From Macrostomum lignano (Eukaryota), in the NCBI GenBank assembly GCA_002269645.1, contig NIVC01003231.1:11407-75406 (forward strand): 64,000 nucleotides of DNA, written 5' to 3'. The notes beneath the pieces were generated by a model. It searched no databases, was not told the origin of the DNA, and saw only the letters and a program-made list of their open reading frames with translations. The position numbers and the translations under genes were made by a program. Positions 10,801 to 21,783 of the stretch are shown here, piece after piece. Positions within the stretch are counted from its first letter, which is position 1; each line of letters begins with the position of its first letter.

Positions 10801-13100
10801 TTGAGGATTTGGGGATTTCAGGATCTGAGGATTTAGGGATTTGTTATGAGAATTTGAGGATTTGGGGATTTCAGGATCTGAGGATTTAGGGATTTGTTAT
10901 GAGAATTTGAGGATTTGGGGATTTCAGGATCTGAGGATTTAGGGATTTGTTATGAGAATTTGAGGATTTGGGCATTTCAGGATTTTGGGATTTGAGAATT
11001 TGAGGATTTGAGGATTTGAGGATTTGGGGATTTGTGGATTTCAGGATCTCAAGATCTGGGTACTTTTCTAGTTACTCATTCGACTCACCAAGAATGCCCT
11101 CCTGTTCGTTGCCGCTGACAACGGTAGTGTACCTGGGCGGCCCGGGCACTGCCACCAGCTTGAGCGCTCCGCCAACCTGCAGCAGCAGCCGGGCCGTGGT
11201 CGGCGCCGTGGCCCGCTGAACAACGTCAACACGAGCTGCCGGGCCGGCCCCGTGTTGATTGACGGCAGCCAAGCTGATTGACAGGCGACAGGCGTCGGTG
11301 CTCGAGCCGGCGGCGTGGCAAGCCGGCGCCTCCACCAGGGCCGGAGCTTGACGAACGAACTCGGAGTGAGTGAGGCCTGGTGACTCTCCCGTCGACTCGC
11401 CGCGCTGCTGCTGCATCGTCAGCGTGAAACCCGTCAGGCGGGAGTTCGGGATGCTCGGCGGTTTCCAGGACACCCGGAGCGTTTGACCGGATTCCGCTGC
11501 CCACGAGGCTGTCAGGGACCGCGGCGCGGTCGACGGCGGCGCTGCACATTGCGAAGGTCGGGTTGGTGGCGTTCGACTAGCACCAGGGGCTTTAGCACCA
11601 GAGGCTTTAGCACCAGAGGCTTTAGCACCAGAGGCTTTGGCACCAGGGGCTTTAGCACCAGAGGCTTTAGCACCAGAGGCTTTAGCACCAGGGGCTTTAG
11701 CACCAGAGGCTTTAGCACCAGAGGCTTTAGCACCAGAGGCTTTAGCACCAGAGGCTTTGGCACCAGAGGCTTTAGCACCAGGGGCTTTAGCACCAGGGGC
11801 TTTAGCACCAGAAGCTTTAGCACCAGAGGCTTAAGCACCAGAAGCTTTAGCACCAGGGGCTTTAGCACCAGAGGCGCCAGCACCAGAAGCTTTAGCACCA
11901 GGGGCTTTAGCACCAGAGGCGCCAGCACCAGGGGCGCCAGCACCAAGGGCGCCAGCACCAGGGGCGCCAGCACCAGGGGCGCCAGCACCAGGGGCGCCAG
12001 CACCAGGGGCGCCAGCACCAGGGGCGCCAGCACCAGGGGCGCCAGCACCAGGGGCGCCAGCACCAGGGGCGCCAGCACCAGGGGCACCAACACCAGGGGC
12101 GCTAAACTTCCGCGCTTACTTACAGTGGCTTACAATGGCAGCCTTATGGATGATTAGAAATGCACTCTCACCCTTTCGTTCCAGGGTTGTGAAGCTGCCG
12201 GGTTCGCCGATGTCAAGCAACTGATTCTGTGGTGCGTTCCAGGCGACCAGACGGGCCTTGAAAGTGGGAAGGTTTGAGTGTAGGCGTTGAGGCAGTTAGT
12301 TTACATTAGCGGGTGAACCATAAGGTAAGAGGGAGATAAGGGAATGATGAGGGAGACGGGGGAATGATGAGGGAGGCAGAGGAATGATGAGTGAGATAGG
12401 GAATGATGATTGAGATGGGGAATGTTGAGTGAGATGGGGAATTATGAGGGAGGTGGGGGTGATGAGGGAAGTGGGGGAATGATGAGGGAGGCGGGGAAGG
12501 ATGAGGGAGGCAGAGGAATGATGAGGGAGACGGGGAATGATGAGGGAGGCAGAGGAATGATGAGGGAGGTGGAGTATGATGAGTGAGGTGGGAGATAATG
12601 AGGGAGGCGGGGAATGATGAGGGAGGCGGGGAATGATGAGGGAGGCGGGGAATGATGAGAGAGGCCGGGAATGATAAGGAGGCGGGGAATGATGAGGGAG
12701 GCGGGAATGATGAGGGAGGCGGGGAATGATGAGACAGGCAGAGAATGATGAGGGGGGTGGGGGGATGATGATGAGTGAGGTGGATAAACGGTCGGGCAGG
12801 GTAGATTGCAGGGTGAGCGCCTCACCTGGTAACTGGTGAATGGCGCGAGCCCATCAAGCTGTAGGGGCAGCTGGGCCACCGACTCGAGCCGGGTCCCCCA
12901 CGCTGCCTGCTCCTCAGCCACGCCGCCGCCAACGTCCACCCGCCGGAACTCCAGCGACAGTCGGCGACCGCCACCGTACGAGGGCTGCTGCTGCAGCGCC
13001 GGTGCCGATGTCGGCGGCTGGCTGGTTCTGCAATCGAGCTCGACGGTGGTCTCGGAGACTGAGCGAGCCTCGAGCTGGCACGGGGCTTGGGAAACGGCGC
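1171..13100 (-). CDS. ROS1: ROS1/Sevenless-like receptor, ectodomain exons (FN3 and YWTD beta-propeller repeats); gene continues past the left edge
   Basis: Phase-compatible GT-AG exons: 13100-12826, 12256-12172, 11541-11089, (10463-10425 optional), 9936-9755, 9216-9086, 8916-8819, 8432-8221, 7808-7631, 5344-4934. Approximate exons at about 3982-3100, 3040-2719 and 1855-1171. Spliced product shows FN3 motifs (LDGLAPFTSYQ|ARLVAWN; PPSTAPRSLTA..VSWKPP..AAVNQHGAGP) and propeller motifs (LAVDWVAQHVY, VDPVNG|YLF, LVWTDG), the FN3/YWTD alternation of ROS1/Sevenless. No kinase or TM segment in the window, and the 5' exons are unresolved, so the symbol is tentative. Confidence 0.65.
2719..3040 (-). 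CDS. ROS-like exon: FN3 domain
   Basis: LLVEWPESSP..TRYLV..PNVPPLALVRLEITPLTAW; donor GCAG|GTGAG at about 2719. Confidence 0.65.
3100..3982 (-). CDS. ROS-like propeller exon cluster (internal boundaries unresolved)
   Basis: VEFEWLSGSLLWIG, ALLLWSTTSQLW and NKVLWS segments lie in different frames; small introns or frameshifts are needed to join them. Confidence 0.5.
4059..4373 (-). mobile_element. tRNA-derived SINE with CORE-like central domain
   Basis: Minus strand: A-box-like GTAGCCTTGTGG, B-box-like GGCTCGATTC, then TGTGTCCTTGAGCAAGACACTTAAC...CAGTTGTAAAATGGG (resembles the CORE of MIR-type SINEs), ending in an (ATT)n tail. Second copy at 63148. Confidence 0.8.
4451..4832. mobile_element. 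Possible small MITE
   Basis: 18-bp inverted repeat AAAATGCATTAGCGAAAT / ATTTCGCTAATGCATTTT; no TSD identified. Confidence 0.3.
4934..5344 (-). CDS. ROS-like exon
   Basis: CCCAG| acceptor, |GTAAG donor, 411 nt phase 1/1, open frame shared with ORF 4821-5273. Confidence 0.65.
5379..7550 (+). repeat. 41-bp minisatellite, about 53 copies (intronic)
   Basis: Unit AGCCAGAGACACTCCATACCATTGGTTATCTCGCTTCCAAC with a few recurring SNPs. Confidence 0.97.
7631..7808 (-). CDS. ROS-like exon
   Basis: 178 nt phase 0/1; VDADRVRLRQRSGSIRELECVEPACQPKP...; donor GTGAGC. Confidence 0.6.
8221..8432 (-). CDS. ROS-like propeller exon
   Basis: 212 nt phase 1/0; ...LSSDLSG...NGRLVWTDGSM. Confidence 0.7.
8492..8790 (+). 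repeat. 33-bp minisatellite, about 9 copies
   Basis: Unit CTAACAGGTAAGTAAGGTGAGCGAGTCCCGTGT. Confidence 0.9.
8819..9216 (-). CDS. Two ROS-like propeller exons (9216-9086 and 8916-8819)
   Basis: Splice to ...MQVDPVNG|YLFLLQDGNLYRSDL...; phases 0/2 and 2/1 match their neighbours. Confidence 0.75.
8951..9078 (+). repeat. 30-bp tandem repeat, about 4 copies
   Basis: Unit CACACTGCATCCTGTGAGCACTAAGCTGAG. Confidence 0.9.
9469..9688 (+). repeat. 15-bp tandem repeat
   Basis: (GTCAGGATGAGAGTT)n. Confidence 0.95.
9755..9936 (-). CDS. ROS-like propeller exon
   Basis: 182 nt phase 1/0; LKLAVDWVAQHVYIL; donor GTGAGT. Confidence 0.78.
9975..10172 (+). repeat. 21-bp tandem repeat, about 9 copies
   Basis: (TTTATGACTGATTGATCCTGG)n. 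Confidence 0.95.
10520..11045 (+). repeat. Degenerate (GAGGATTT)n-type simple repeat
   Basis: GGATTT motif recurring at about 8-bp period. Confidence 0.85.
11089..11541 (-). CDS. ROS-like exon: FN3 domain
   Basis: PPSTAPRSLTASW..LRVSWKPPSIPNSRLTGFTL..ISLAAVNQHGAGP; donor GTGAGT at 11088. Confidence 0.8.
11579..12100 (+). repeat. 15-bp tandem repeat with a gradient of two variants
   Basis: (GGCTTTAGCACCAGA)n changing to (GGCGCCAGCACCAGG)n. Confidence 0.95.
12172..13100 (-). CDS. Two ROS-like exons forming one FN3 domain (13100-12826 and 12256-12172)
   Basis: APCQLEARSVSETTVELDC...LDGLAPFTSYQ|ARLVAWN; exact GT-AG sites, phases 1/0 and 0/1. Confidence 0.8.
12325..12780 (+). repeat. Purine-rich degenerate repeat (GGGAATGATGAGGGAGGC)n
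   Basis: Same family recurs at 14215-14590. Confidence 0.85.
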
Positions 13101-13197
13101 CTGCGGGCGAAGCGGGGGTTGCGCTGCCATCAGATTAGTGCCTGAAGACTTTGGGGTCGAACCGGAAATGAGTTGAATGACCAATCTCAGAAAGCTG

Positions 13198-13790
13198 TTG
13201 ATCCATCCATTGACCCATCGATTGACCCATCCATTGACCAATCCATTGACCCATCGATTGACCCATCCATTGACCATCGATTGACCCATCCACTGAACCA
13301 ACAGGTGACTTATTTATTGATCCATTTACCTAACAGTTGACCTATTGACCCAACAGTTGACCAATTCATGGACCCAACAGTTGACCCATCCATTGACCCA
13401 GCAGTTGACCCATCAATTGACTCAACAGGTGACATTTATTGATCCACCCGTTGACCCAACAGGTGACCCATTTATTGACCCATTAACTCAACAGTTTGCT
13501 CATCCATGGACCCAACAGTTGACCCATCCAGTGACCCAACAGTTGACCCAGCTATTGACCTAACAGGTTGACCCATTTATTGAACTATCTATTGGACCAA
13601 CAGGTGACCCGTTCATTGACCCATCCATTGGCCAATCCATTGACCGACCCATTTACCCAACACTTGAACCATTTTTGACCCATTGACCTAACAGTTGAAC
13701 CATTGACCCAACAGTTGACCCATTCATGGACGCAACAGTTAACCCATCCATTGACTCAACAGGTGACCCATTTATTGACCCATCCTTTCC
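13198..13790 (+). repeat. Degenerate repeat based on TTGACCCA(TCCA/ACAG)
   Basis: About 12-bp periodicity. Confidence 0.8.
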
Positions 13791-14214
13791 CTCATTCCTT
13801 CAACCCTTGCTCTAAAAGAGCTCCAACTCCCTAACAGGATGTTTTCGAACAAAGAATTTTTTCACGCATTCTGGCCCACCAAAATTGTGCACTTTATCCG
13901 CGCACGTGCCTCTCTCAGCTGTTGGCTGTGAACCTCATCTCGATGCAATATGCAGATAGACAGTGCCGGCTGCAGCTGGTAGCCTTTTGTCTTGGGCTAC
14001 AAAATAGCACCAGCTGTCAGTTGAAAGCCGTTCTAAGAGCTTCTTCTAAGGGGGTTTGATGGAGGGCTGCGATGGTGTTGCCACTCTGCGTCAGTGTCTT
14101 TTAAGCAGAGTGGCACCTCATGGATTTGCTGGGGGTAACTCTAATGTTTACCTCAAAGATATGAATAAGAAATTATGAGAGGACTAGGAGAAACGATAAG
14201 GGCTTTGAAAAATG

Positions 14215-14590
14215 AGGGATAACTGGAGGAATGATGAGTTAAGTGGGCAATAATGATGGAAGCGGAGAATTATGAGGTGGGGGTTGTGATGAGGGAGGCG
14301 GGGGAATGATGAGGGAGGTGGGAAATGATGAGGGAGGTGGGGAATGATGAGGGAGGCGGGGGGAATGATGAGAGAGGCGGGGAATGATGAGAGAGGCGGG
14401 GGAATGATGAGGGAGGCGGGGAATGATGAGGGAGGCGGGGAGTGATAAGAGAGAGTAGGAATGATGAGTGAGGTGGGGGAATTATAAAGATGGAGAATGA
14501 TCGGGGAGATGAGGGGATGATAAGGGAAGCGGGGGAATGAGAAGGGAGGTGGAGAACGATGAGGTAGGCGAGGGAGAATGATGAGGCAGA
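14215..14590 (+). repeat. Purine-rich degenerate repeat (GGGAATGATGAGGGAGGC)n
   Basis: Same unit as 12325-12780. Confidence 0.85.
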
Positions 14591-15059
14591 CTAGAAGTGA
14601 TGATGAGAAAGACTTTACCAACTGCTTGTTGAGTCTCTGAGAGCTCTGTGAGAAACTTTTCTTTCAGTTTTTCATTGTAAAAATACAGAAACGCTTGAAG
14701 GATTTATCGCCTCTGTTTTAGTTACTCCGCCTGACCTCGGTTGACCTCGCCTCAATCTTGCAAAGATGCCCGGCCTTGATCGCTTCCCAGAGATCGCCCG
14801 GTGAAACGTGACTTTCTCTTCGAGTGTCGCAGATGGCCTTCTGTGTTGGCCTCGCGTTGCGCAATCCGTGCACTCGCTAATGACAATATTTTATTGCCTG
14901 CATGCCGGCTTCAGCCAGTAAAGTTTGTTCAACCCCCACTCAGTCACTGAGGCTGTGGAAGATGGAGGCTGGCTAGCTCAAGTGGGATTTGGGCGCTTAA
15001 GTGGGAAATGGTGAGGTGGGATTGGGATAGAAATTTGTGGGCTGAAATGGGTAGAGGAA

Positions 15060-15700
15060 GATAGGGGTAGGGAGAGAGGGATAGGGAGAGAGGGGTAAGG
15101 AGAGAGGGGTACGGAGAGAGGGCTAAGGAGAGAGGGTAGGGAGAGAGGGCTAAGGAGAGAGGGGTAGGGAGAGAGGGCTAAGGAGAGAGGGTAAGGAGAG
15201 AGGGGTAGGGAGAGAGGAGTAAGGAGAGAGGGCTAAGGATAGAGGGGTAGGGAGAGAGGGCTAAGGATAGAGGGGTAGGGAGAGAGGGGTAGGGAGAGAG
15301 GGATAGGGAGAGAGGCTAAGGAGAGAGGGCTAAGGAGAGAGGGCTAGGGAGAGTGGGGTAGGTAGAGAGGGGTAAGGAGAGAGGGGTAGGGAGAGAGGGG
15401 TAAGGAGAGAGGGGTAGGGAGAGAGGGCTAAGGAGAGAGGGGTAGGGAGAGAGGGGTAAGGATAGAGGGGTAGGGAGAGAGGGATAAGGAGAGAGGGGTA
15501 GGGAGAGAGGGGTAAGGAGAGAGGGGTAGGGAGAGAGGGGTAAGAAGAGAGGGGTAGGGAGAGAGGGGTAGGGAGAGAGGGGTAAGGAGAGAGGGGTAGG
15601 GAGAGAGGGATAAGGAGAGAGGGGTAGGGAGAGAGGGGTAAGGAGAGAGGGGTAGGGAGAGAGGGCTAAGGAGAGAGGGATAAGGAGAGAGGGTTAGGTA
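15060..15700 (+). repeat. About 15-bp purine-rich repeat (GGGGTAGGGAGAGAG)n
   Basis: Direct reading. Confidence 0.92.
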
Positions 15701-16299
15701 GAAGGGGTAATTAGAGAATGCTAAAGAGGGAGGAGTAGGGTGAGATTAGCTGTTTATTTTTTAAAATGTACATATGAACTAAACGACCCTCCTTTACATT
15801 AGGATAAATTCTCCACGGACGTCAGCAATAAAACAGAAAATTAAGACTCAATTCCAGTTTGTTTCAATAATAATCAGCTCTGAAAGCAGTAATAAAATTC
15901 CCACAATTCTTAGAGCTCAACAAGTACGCGACCAAACTCACAGCCAACACTCGTGCTCAGTGAATCAAGCTGGGATCAAGTGTGGCCCCTCAAACCACAG
16001 ACTGCCGGCAAAGCCAACCATTTCAGGCTAAAGAAAACCCCCTCAGGTGAAATTTAAACCCCAGGAGCAACCCGGGTGACCGGAGGGGCAAAAGGTTTGC
16101 TTAAAATTGTACCACAATAAATTATTTTTCTTCAGAAACAAACAATCCGCCTCAGTACCGCTGCCAGAGTCGACTACGTCTGCGGAGTCGGGGCTGCATC
16201 CGGCTTCTGAGCAGGCTGGCTCGACTGACACCGCCTGGAATGGCAGAGTTCTCTCCATCACTCTTAATAACTCTTTAATAATTCCAGCTCGCTCACTCT

Positions 16300-16810
16300 A
16301 ACCCAGTCTCACCCAGTCTCACCCAGTCTCACTCAGTCTCACCCAGTCTCACTCAGTCTCACCCACTCTCACCCAGTCTCGCCCAGTCTCACCCAGTCTC
16401 ACCCAGTCTCACTCAGTCTCACCCAGTCTTACCGAGTCTCACCCAGTCTCACCCAGTCTCACCGAACGTCACCCAGTCTCACCCAGTCTCACCCAGTCTC
16501 ACCCAGTCTCACCGAGTGTCACCCAGTCTCACTCAGTCTCACCCAGTCTCACCCAGTCTTACCGAGTCTCACCCAGTCTCACCCAGTCTCACCGAGTGTC
16601 ACCCAGTCTCACCCAGTCTCACCCAGTCTCACCCAGTCTCACCGAGTGTCACCCAGTCTCACTCAGTCTCACCCAGTCTCATCCAGTCTCACTCAGTCTC
16701 ACCCGGTCTCACCTAGTCTAAGCCCTACTCAGTCTCACCCTACACTGCTACTCAGTCTCACCCTAGACCCCTATCAGTCTCAATCTAAACTCTCCTCAGT
16801 CTCAGTCTGC
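16300..16810 (+). repeat. 10-bp repeat (CACCCAGTCT)n
   Basis: Reverse complement of the array at 18515-19415. Confidence 0.92.
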
Positions 16811-17681
16811 ATCAAAGTCGCTAGCTCAGTCTCACCAAGCAAACTTACCAAGCAGCCCAAGCAAAGCGAGGTCAAAGTCAACACGGTGCAGAGTCTCATC
16901 AGCTGTTCCACAATGCGTCGCTCTCAAAGACAGTTCACACGCGGATCAGTGCGGCAGTGGGTTTTCACACCCGCTGGTTGAAGCAAGAGAATTCTTCTAA
17001 ATCGGTTTCCATTGAAGAGGCTCGGGCGCTGCTGCATGGAATTTTATTCGGCGGGGGACCTGGGGGGAGGGGGGAAGACCGAGAGGCGCTCGAACGGCGA
17101 GGCTTCCGCTGGTTGGCAGGGTGGCTGGGGAATGATTTGACCCTCTGGCCCGGGTCCCTGCAGGCCCAAAGCAGCAAGCAGCAAGCAATCCCAGCAGGAC
17201 CCGCGCGCCCACTCCTAGAGGCAGGAGCAGACAGACGCCTGCTTGTTGCTTTGGAAAGTCAAGTTTTTTTTTCTCGACAGAAACATCCAATTGGGCCCCT
17301 ATCGCAGTTCAGCCAGCCGCTTTGCTTCTAAAAGATAATTGCTGCTGCGGAAGCAGAGTCTGGCTATTAAATTCTGACCAGCAATTATCCATGCCAACTG
17401 GCAGAGCTGAGCTGCTGCATCAGCGGGGGCAGCTCTGCTACTCTACGAAGCTGCCACCGCTTTCGCCAATTGGAACTCAACAAGTTGAACGCAACTGTCG
17501 AAAACCATAAATCATCTGGGAGCCCCCGAGTTCTGGGATTGCCCAGAAACAGGTTTCCCATTGAATAATTGCTCACATAATTCACCCGAATGCAACCCCG
17601 ATTGTGAACAGATTCAACTGGAACTTGCGCTGATTCCAATTGAATAGTCATTGATCTAGCTTGAGCAAAGTCCCTGTTGTT

Positions 17682-17938
17682 CACCCTGCTGTACACCCTG
17701 CTGTACACCCTGCTGTACACCCTACTGTACACCCTGCTGTACACCCTGCTGTACACCCTGCTGTACACTCTGCTGTACACCCTGCTATACACCCTGCTGT
17801 ACACCCTGCTGTACACCCTACTGTACACCCTGCTGTACACCCTGTTGTACACCCTGCTGTACACCCTGCTGTACACCCTGCTATACACCCTGCTGTACAC
17901 CCTGCTGTACACCCTGCTGTATACCCTGCCGTACACCC
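17682..17938 (+). repeat. 12-bp repeat (TACACCCTGCTG)n
   Basis: About 21 copies. Confidence 0.95.
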
Positions 17939-18514
17939 TGTGTGAGCATGTGTACGTGCTCAGGGGTCAGCGGTATGAGCCAGCAATGTTAGTTTCAGTT
18001 ATCACTTGTACGAGTTGGCGGTCCTTGAATGAGGTGTACCTGGCTGAATACCTTGTATATTGCGGCTACATAAAGAAAGCTGTCTTGTTGGCGATCTCCG
18101 CAGCGGTCGATTGGAGCGTTAAAAGACAACTAAGGGAACGGAAGCCAGAAATTCTGTTGGCAAAATGTGTCGCCCAAAAGCAGACAGGCCGAGCCCCTGC
18201 GGAGATGCGGCAGCTGCAGCAGCAGGGCCGCTGTCAGTCAAGCCGCGTGCTCCATGCGACCAGGGACACGCGCAAGAAATATTAGTTGCAGAAATGGCGG
18301 AAGATGTGTTCAACGGAAAAAGCGCTGAGTCACACCCGTTGCACCTTTTTTAGACTTGCTGTTTTGCTAACATTGACAAAACAGTGCGTTCCGGCTGTCG
18401 CTTGACCTCAGAGCGTGTTACTATGGCTTTTGGGGGCCGATCGTGTCAACCAGTCTATAGAAAATCGCAAAGTCTTGGATCCACCTTTTAGGAGTTAAGA
18501 TATACGAGTTTCAG

Positions 18515-19415
18515 TGAGAGAGGGTGAGACTGGGTGAGACTGAGTGAGACAGAGTGAGACAGTGTGAGACTGCGTGATACAAGGTGAGACTGAGTGAGAC
18601 AGTGTGAGACAGTGTGAGACAGTGTGAGACTGGGTGATACAAGGTGAGACTGAGTGAGACAGTGTGAGACAGTGTGAGACTGCGTGATACAAGGTGAGAC
18701 TGAGTGAGACTGAGTGAGACAGTGTGAGACAGTGTGAGACTGAGTGAGACAGTGTGAGACAGTGTGAGACAGTGTGAGACAGAGTGAGACAGTGTGAGAC
18801 AGTGTGAGACAGTGTGAGACAGTGTGAGACTGAGTGAGACAGTGTGAGACTGAGTGAGACAGTTCGAGACTGAGTGAGACAGTGTGAGACAGTGTGAGAC
18901 AGTGTGAGACTGAGTGAGACAGTGTGAGACAGTGTGAGACAGTGTGAGACTGGGTGATACAGTTCGAGACTGAGTGAGACAGTGTGAGACAGTGTGAGAC
19001 AGTGTGAGACTGAGTGAGACAGGGTGAGACTGAGTGAGACAGGGTGAGACTGAGTGAGACAGGAAGAGAATGGGTGAGACAGTTGAGACTGAGTGAGACA
19101 GGGTGAGACTGAGTGAGACTGGGTGAGACAGAATGAGACAGTGTGAGACAGTGTGAGATTGGGTGATACAAGGTGAGACTGAGTGAGACAGGAAGAGAAT
19201 AAGTGAGACAGTGAGAGACTGGGTGAGACAGGGTGAGAATGAATGAGACAGGAAGAGAATGAGTGAGACTGGGTGAGACTGAGTTGAGACAGGGTGAGAC
19301 TGAGTGAGACAGGAAGAGAATAAGTGAGACTGAGTGAGACAGGGTGAGACTGAGTGAGACAGAGTGAGACAGTGTGAGACAGTGTGAGACTGGTTGATAC
19401 AAGATGAGACTGAGC
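18515..19415 (+). repeat. 10-bp repeat (GTGAGACAGT / GTGAGACTGG)n
   Basis: Direct reading. Confidence 0.92.
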
Positions 19416-20150
19416 GAGATGAAAAACATTGCATTAGAGAGCAACTGCACTGAAACAGAGACGGAAAAGCAATTAATTTTTTAACTGTCTGCCTCAACAG
19501 AGTTTTGAGTTTTATATAAAAATGGTTTATAGTACTACGAGTAGTCAGTTCCATGTAGGCGTGTTGCAGACTCTGCACTGCAACTCTCAGATTGAGATGA
19601 AGCTGTCTAGAAGATAAAAAAACCCAGCGGCTTGGCTTTTCAATGCTTCAAGAAGCCTCGGCTGTCGCTTCATCATTTACCGGCTTAGCGGTTGAGAAGC
19701 GGTTTGCTGTGCTCGCTCTGGTTTACAAAAAAGCAGCTCAGTTGCACGGAGTTAATGCAGGCAGGCAGGCACAGGGGAGAAGGCGGAGACCAGACGATGG
19801 CTTGTAAACTTTCCATTGCAGTTCAGGCTCGCGAGATCTGTCTGCCGCCCCCCCTCCACCCCTCTGCGCATTTATCTTGGAAGCAAAGGAAATGTGGAGA
19901 TGCACAGAGTTGACTAGTTGGCAGTTGCAGAGGCAGGGGGGCAGAGAGATGGCCAAGAAAGCATATCCATGGTTTCCAAGGCTATGAGCAGATGGAGGGC
20001 GAGAGGTGGAGTGGAGGCGGGGTTAGAGACCAGCCCTAGGCATAAGCTCTGTCTTCATTAGCAGGTGGAAAGCAGAGCTACAGCCAAGTTCTGCAACGGG
20101 AAAGCCAGTTTACTCTGAGGCTCTTTGCCGTCGATTCACTCTGAAGAGAA

Positions 20151-21783
20151 ATGGCCTCGGCGGCTTTTGACTGCACAGTGCGGGCGGCCCACCGCAGTGT
20201 GCTGGAGACCTGCGACCCGGAGCGCTACCAGCTCACCCAGCCGGTCTGCCAGCACCTGTCCGCGGTGGACAACGGGCTGCGGCACATGAAGCTGGACAAC
20301 CACTTCTTGGACCGGTCCGAGCTCTGGCGGCAGCGAGTCCCCTGCTCGGAGGTCGCCGAGCATCGCGAGCGAAGCACTGACGCTCTGCGGCGCGGCGAGG
20401 CCTTCCTGCAGGACTACCGCGCCGCCATGTCCAAGGAATTCGCCGAGACGCTGACCGATGGCCAGTCGGCTGCCAACCAGTCGGCGGCGCTGGACGGGCT
20501 GCGGGGCTTCAGACGCGAGTTCGACCCGAACGCGATGGCTGCGCACAACCGGGTGCAGCGGTTCTGCGACTGGGTGGGCGTGACGGACCGGTTCACCGGC
20601 TACAGGAACAACCTCGCCAGGGGGTCGCGAGAGCCGCTGCGCTTCGATCCGCAATGGCGCCGGGGCGACGCCGACTTTCCGAGGCTCTGCCATCCCAAGT
20701 TCGTGCCGGAGACCCTGGCCAACAGCGGGCCGCCGAAGCGGTGAGACTGAATTGGGATAGGGTGTAGGAGTAGGTGTAGGGTGAGACTGAGTTGGGGTGT
20801 AGGGTGAGACTGAGTTGGAGCAGTGTGAGACTGAGTAAGAGTGAACTCGTAAAGGTGAGACTGAGTGGGGGTGTAAGGATGAGACTGAGTAGGGGTGTAG
20901 AGTCAGACTGAGTAGGGGTGTAGGGTGAGACTGAGTAGGGGTGTAGAGTCAGACTGAGTAGGGGTGTAGGGTGAGACTGAGTAGGGGTGTAGAGTCAGAC
21001 TGAGTAGGGGTGTAGGGTGAGACTGAGTAGGGGTGTAAGGATGAGACTGAGTAGGGGTGTAGAGTCAGACTGAGTAGGGGTGTAGGGTGAGACTGAGTAG
21101 GGGTGTAAGGATGAGACTGAGTAGGGGTGTAGAGTCAGACTGAGTAGGGGTGTAGGGTGAGACTGAGTAGGGGTGTAAGGATGAGACTGAGTAGGGGTGT
21201 AGAGTCAGACTGAGTAGGGGTGTAGGGTGAGACTAAGTATGGTGCAAGAGGTTATTAAGTTAAAGACATGGTCATGCTGAGATGGAAGGCGTGAGATTTA
21301 TGGAATAATGGGATTGAATACGCAGGCTCGCAGGTAGGCAGCTGTGCACAGATGCAGGAAGCGTCGTTCAGGTTTTGTCAGCCAGCCGAAACCGAGCGCC
21401 TGACCATCCCAACTCCTTGCAGGTTCAACCTGCGTCAGAAGTCGGCGCCGTTGTGCCGTCAGACCTTCGACTGTGTCGCCGCTTCTTGCGACGACCAGCA
21501 GCAGCCGCAGCAGCAGCGGACACCTCAGGAGCTGGCAGGCATTCCGACGAAGTTCCCCGGCACAACCGAGTACAAGGACCGCTACCTGCGCCCGAAAACG
21601 GCGAGCACTAAGTTTGATTACGTCATCAATCCGCAGCCGGACTTCTCCGTGATTGGCCGGCCGCTGATGAAGGCGGAGCCGGAGGCGCGGACGACCGAGT
21701 ACGAGGACCGCTACCTGTGGCCAGACTCCAGGAACCTGCAGCCCCTGCCTTGGAGCAGAAACCCAAGGAAAGACTGCCAATAG
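20151..21783 (+). CDS. Two-exon gene (20151-20740, 21342-21783), 343 aa; C-terminal TTEY(K/E)DRY repeats suggest a SAXO/MDM1-type microtubule-binding (ciliary inner) protein
   Basis: Exon 1 ends CG|GTGAGA and exon 2 starts GGCAG|C (phase 2), giving a continuous frame with GC-rich codons. Motifs PGTTEYKDRYL and RTTEYEDRYLWP. Function is inferred. Confidence 0.72.
20741..21235 (+). repeat. Intron-filling repeat, about 23-bp units (GTGAGACTGAGTAGGGGTGTAGG and variants)
   Basis: Begins exactly at the 5' splice site of the 20151 gene. Confidence 0.9.

Noticed and set aside
14700-14900. GC-rich island with possible exon on either strand
   Set aside because: Plausible splice sites exist on both strands, but there is no recognisable domain or partner exon.
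18040-18260. Signal-peptide-like minus-strand reading MEHAA*LTAALLLQL...FCQQNFWLPFP* as the first ROS exon
   Set aside because: It has two in-frame stops and no demonstrable phase link to exon 13100; it cannot be supported without transcripts.
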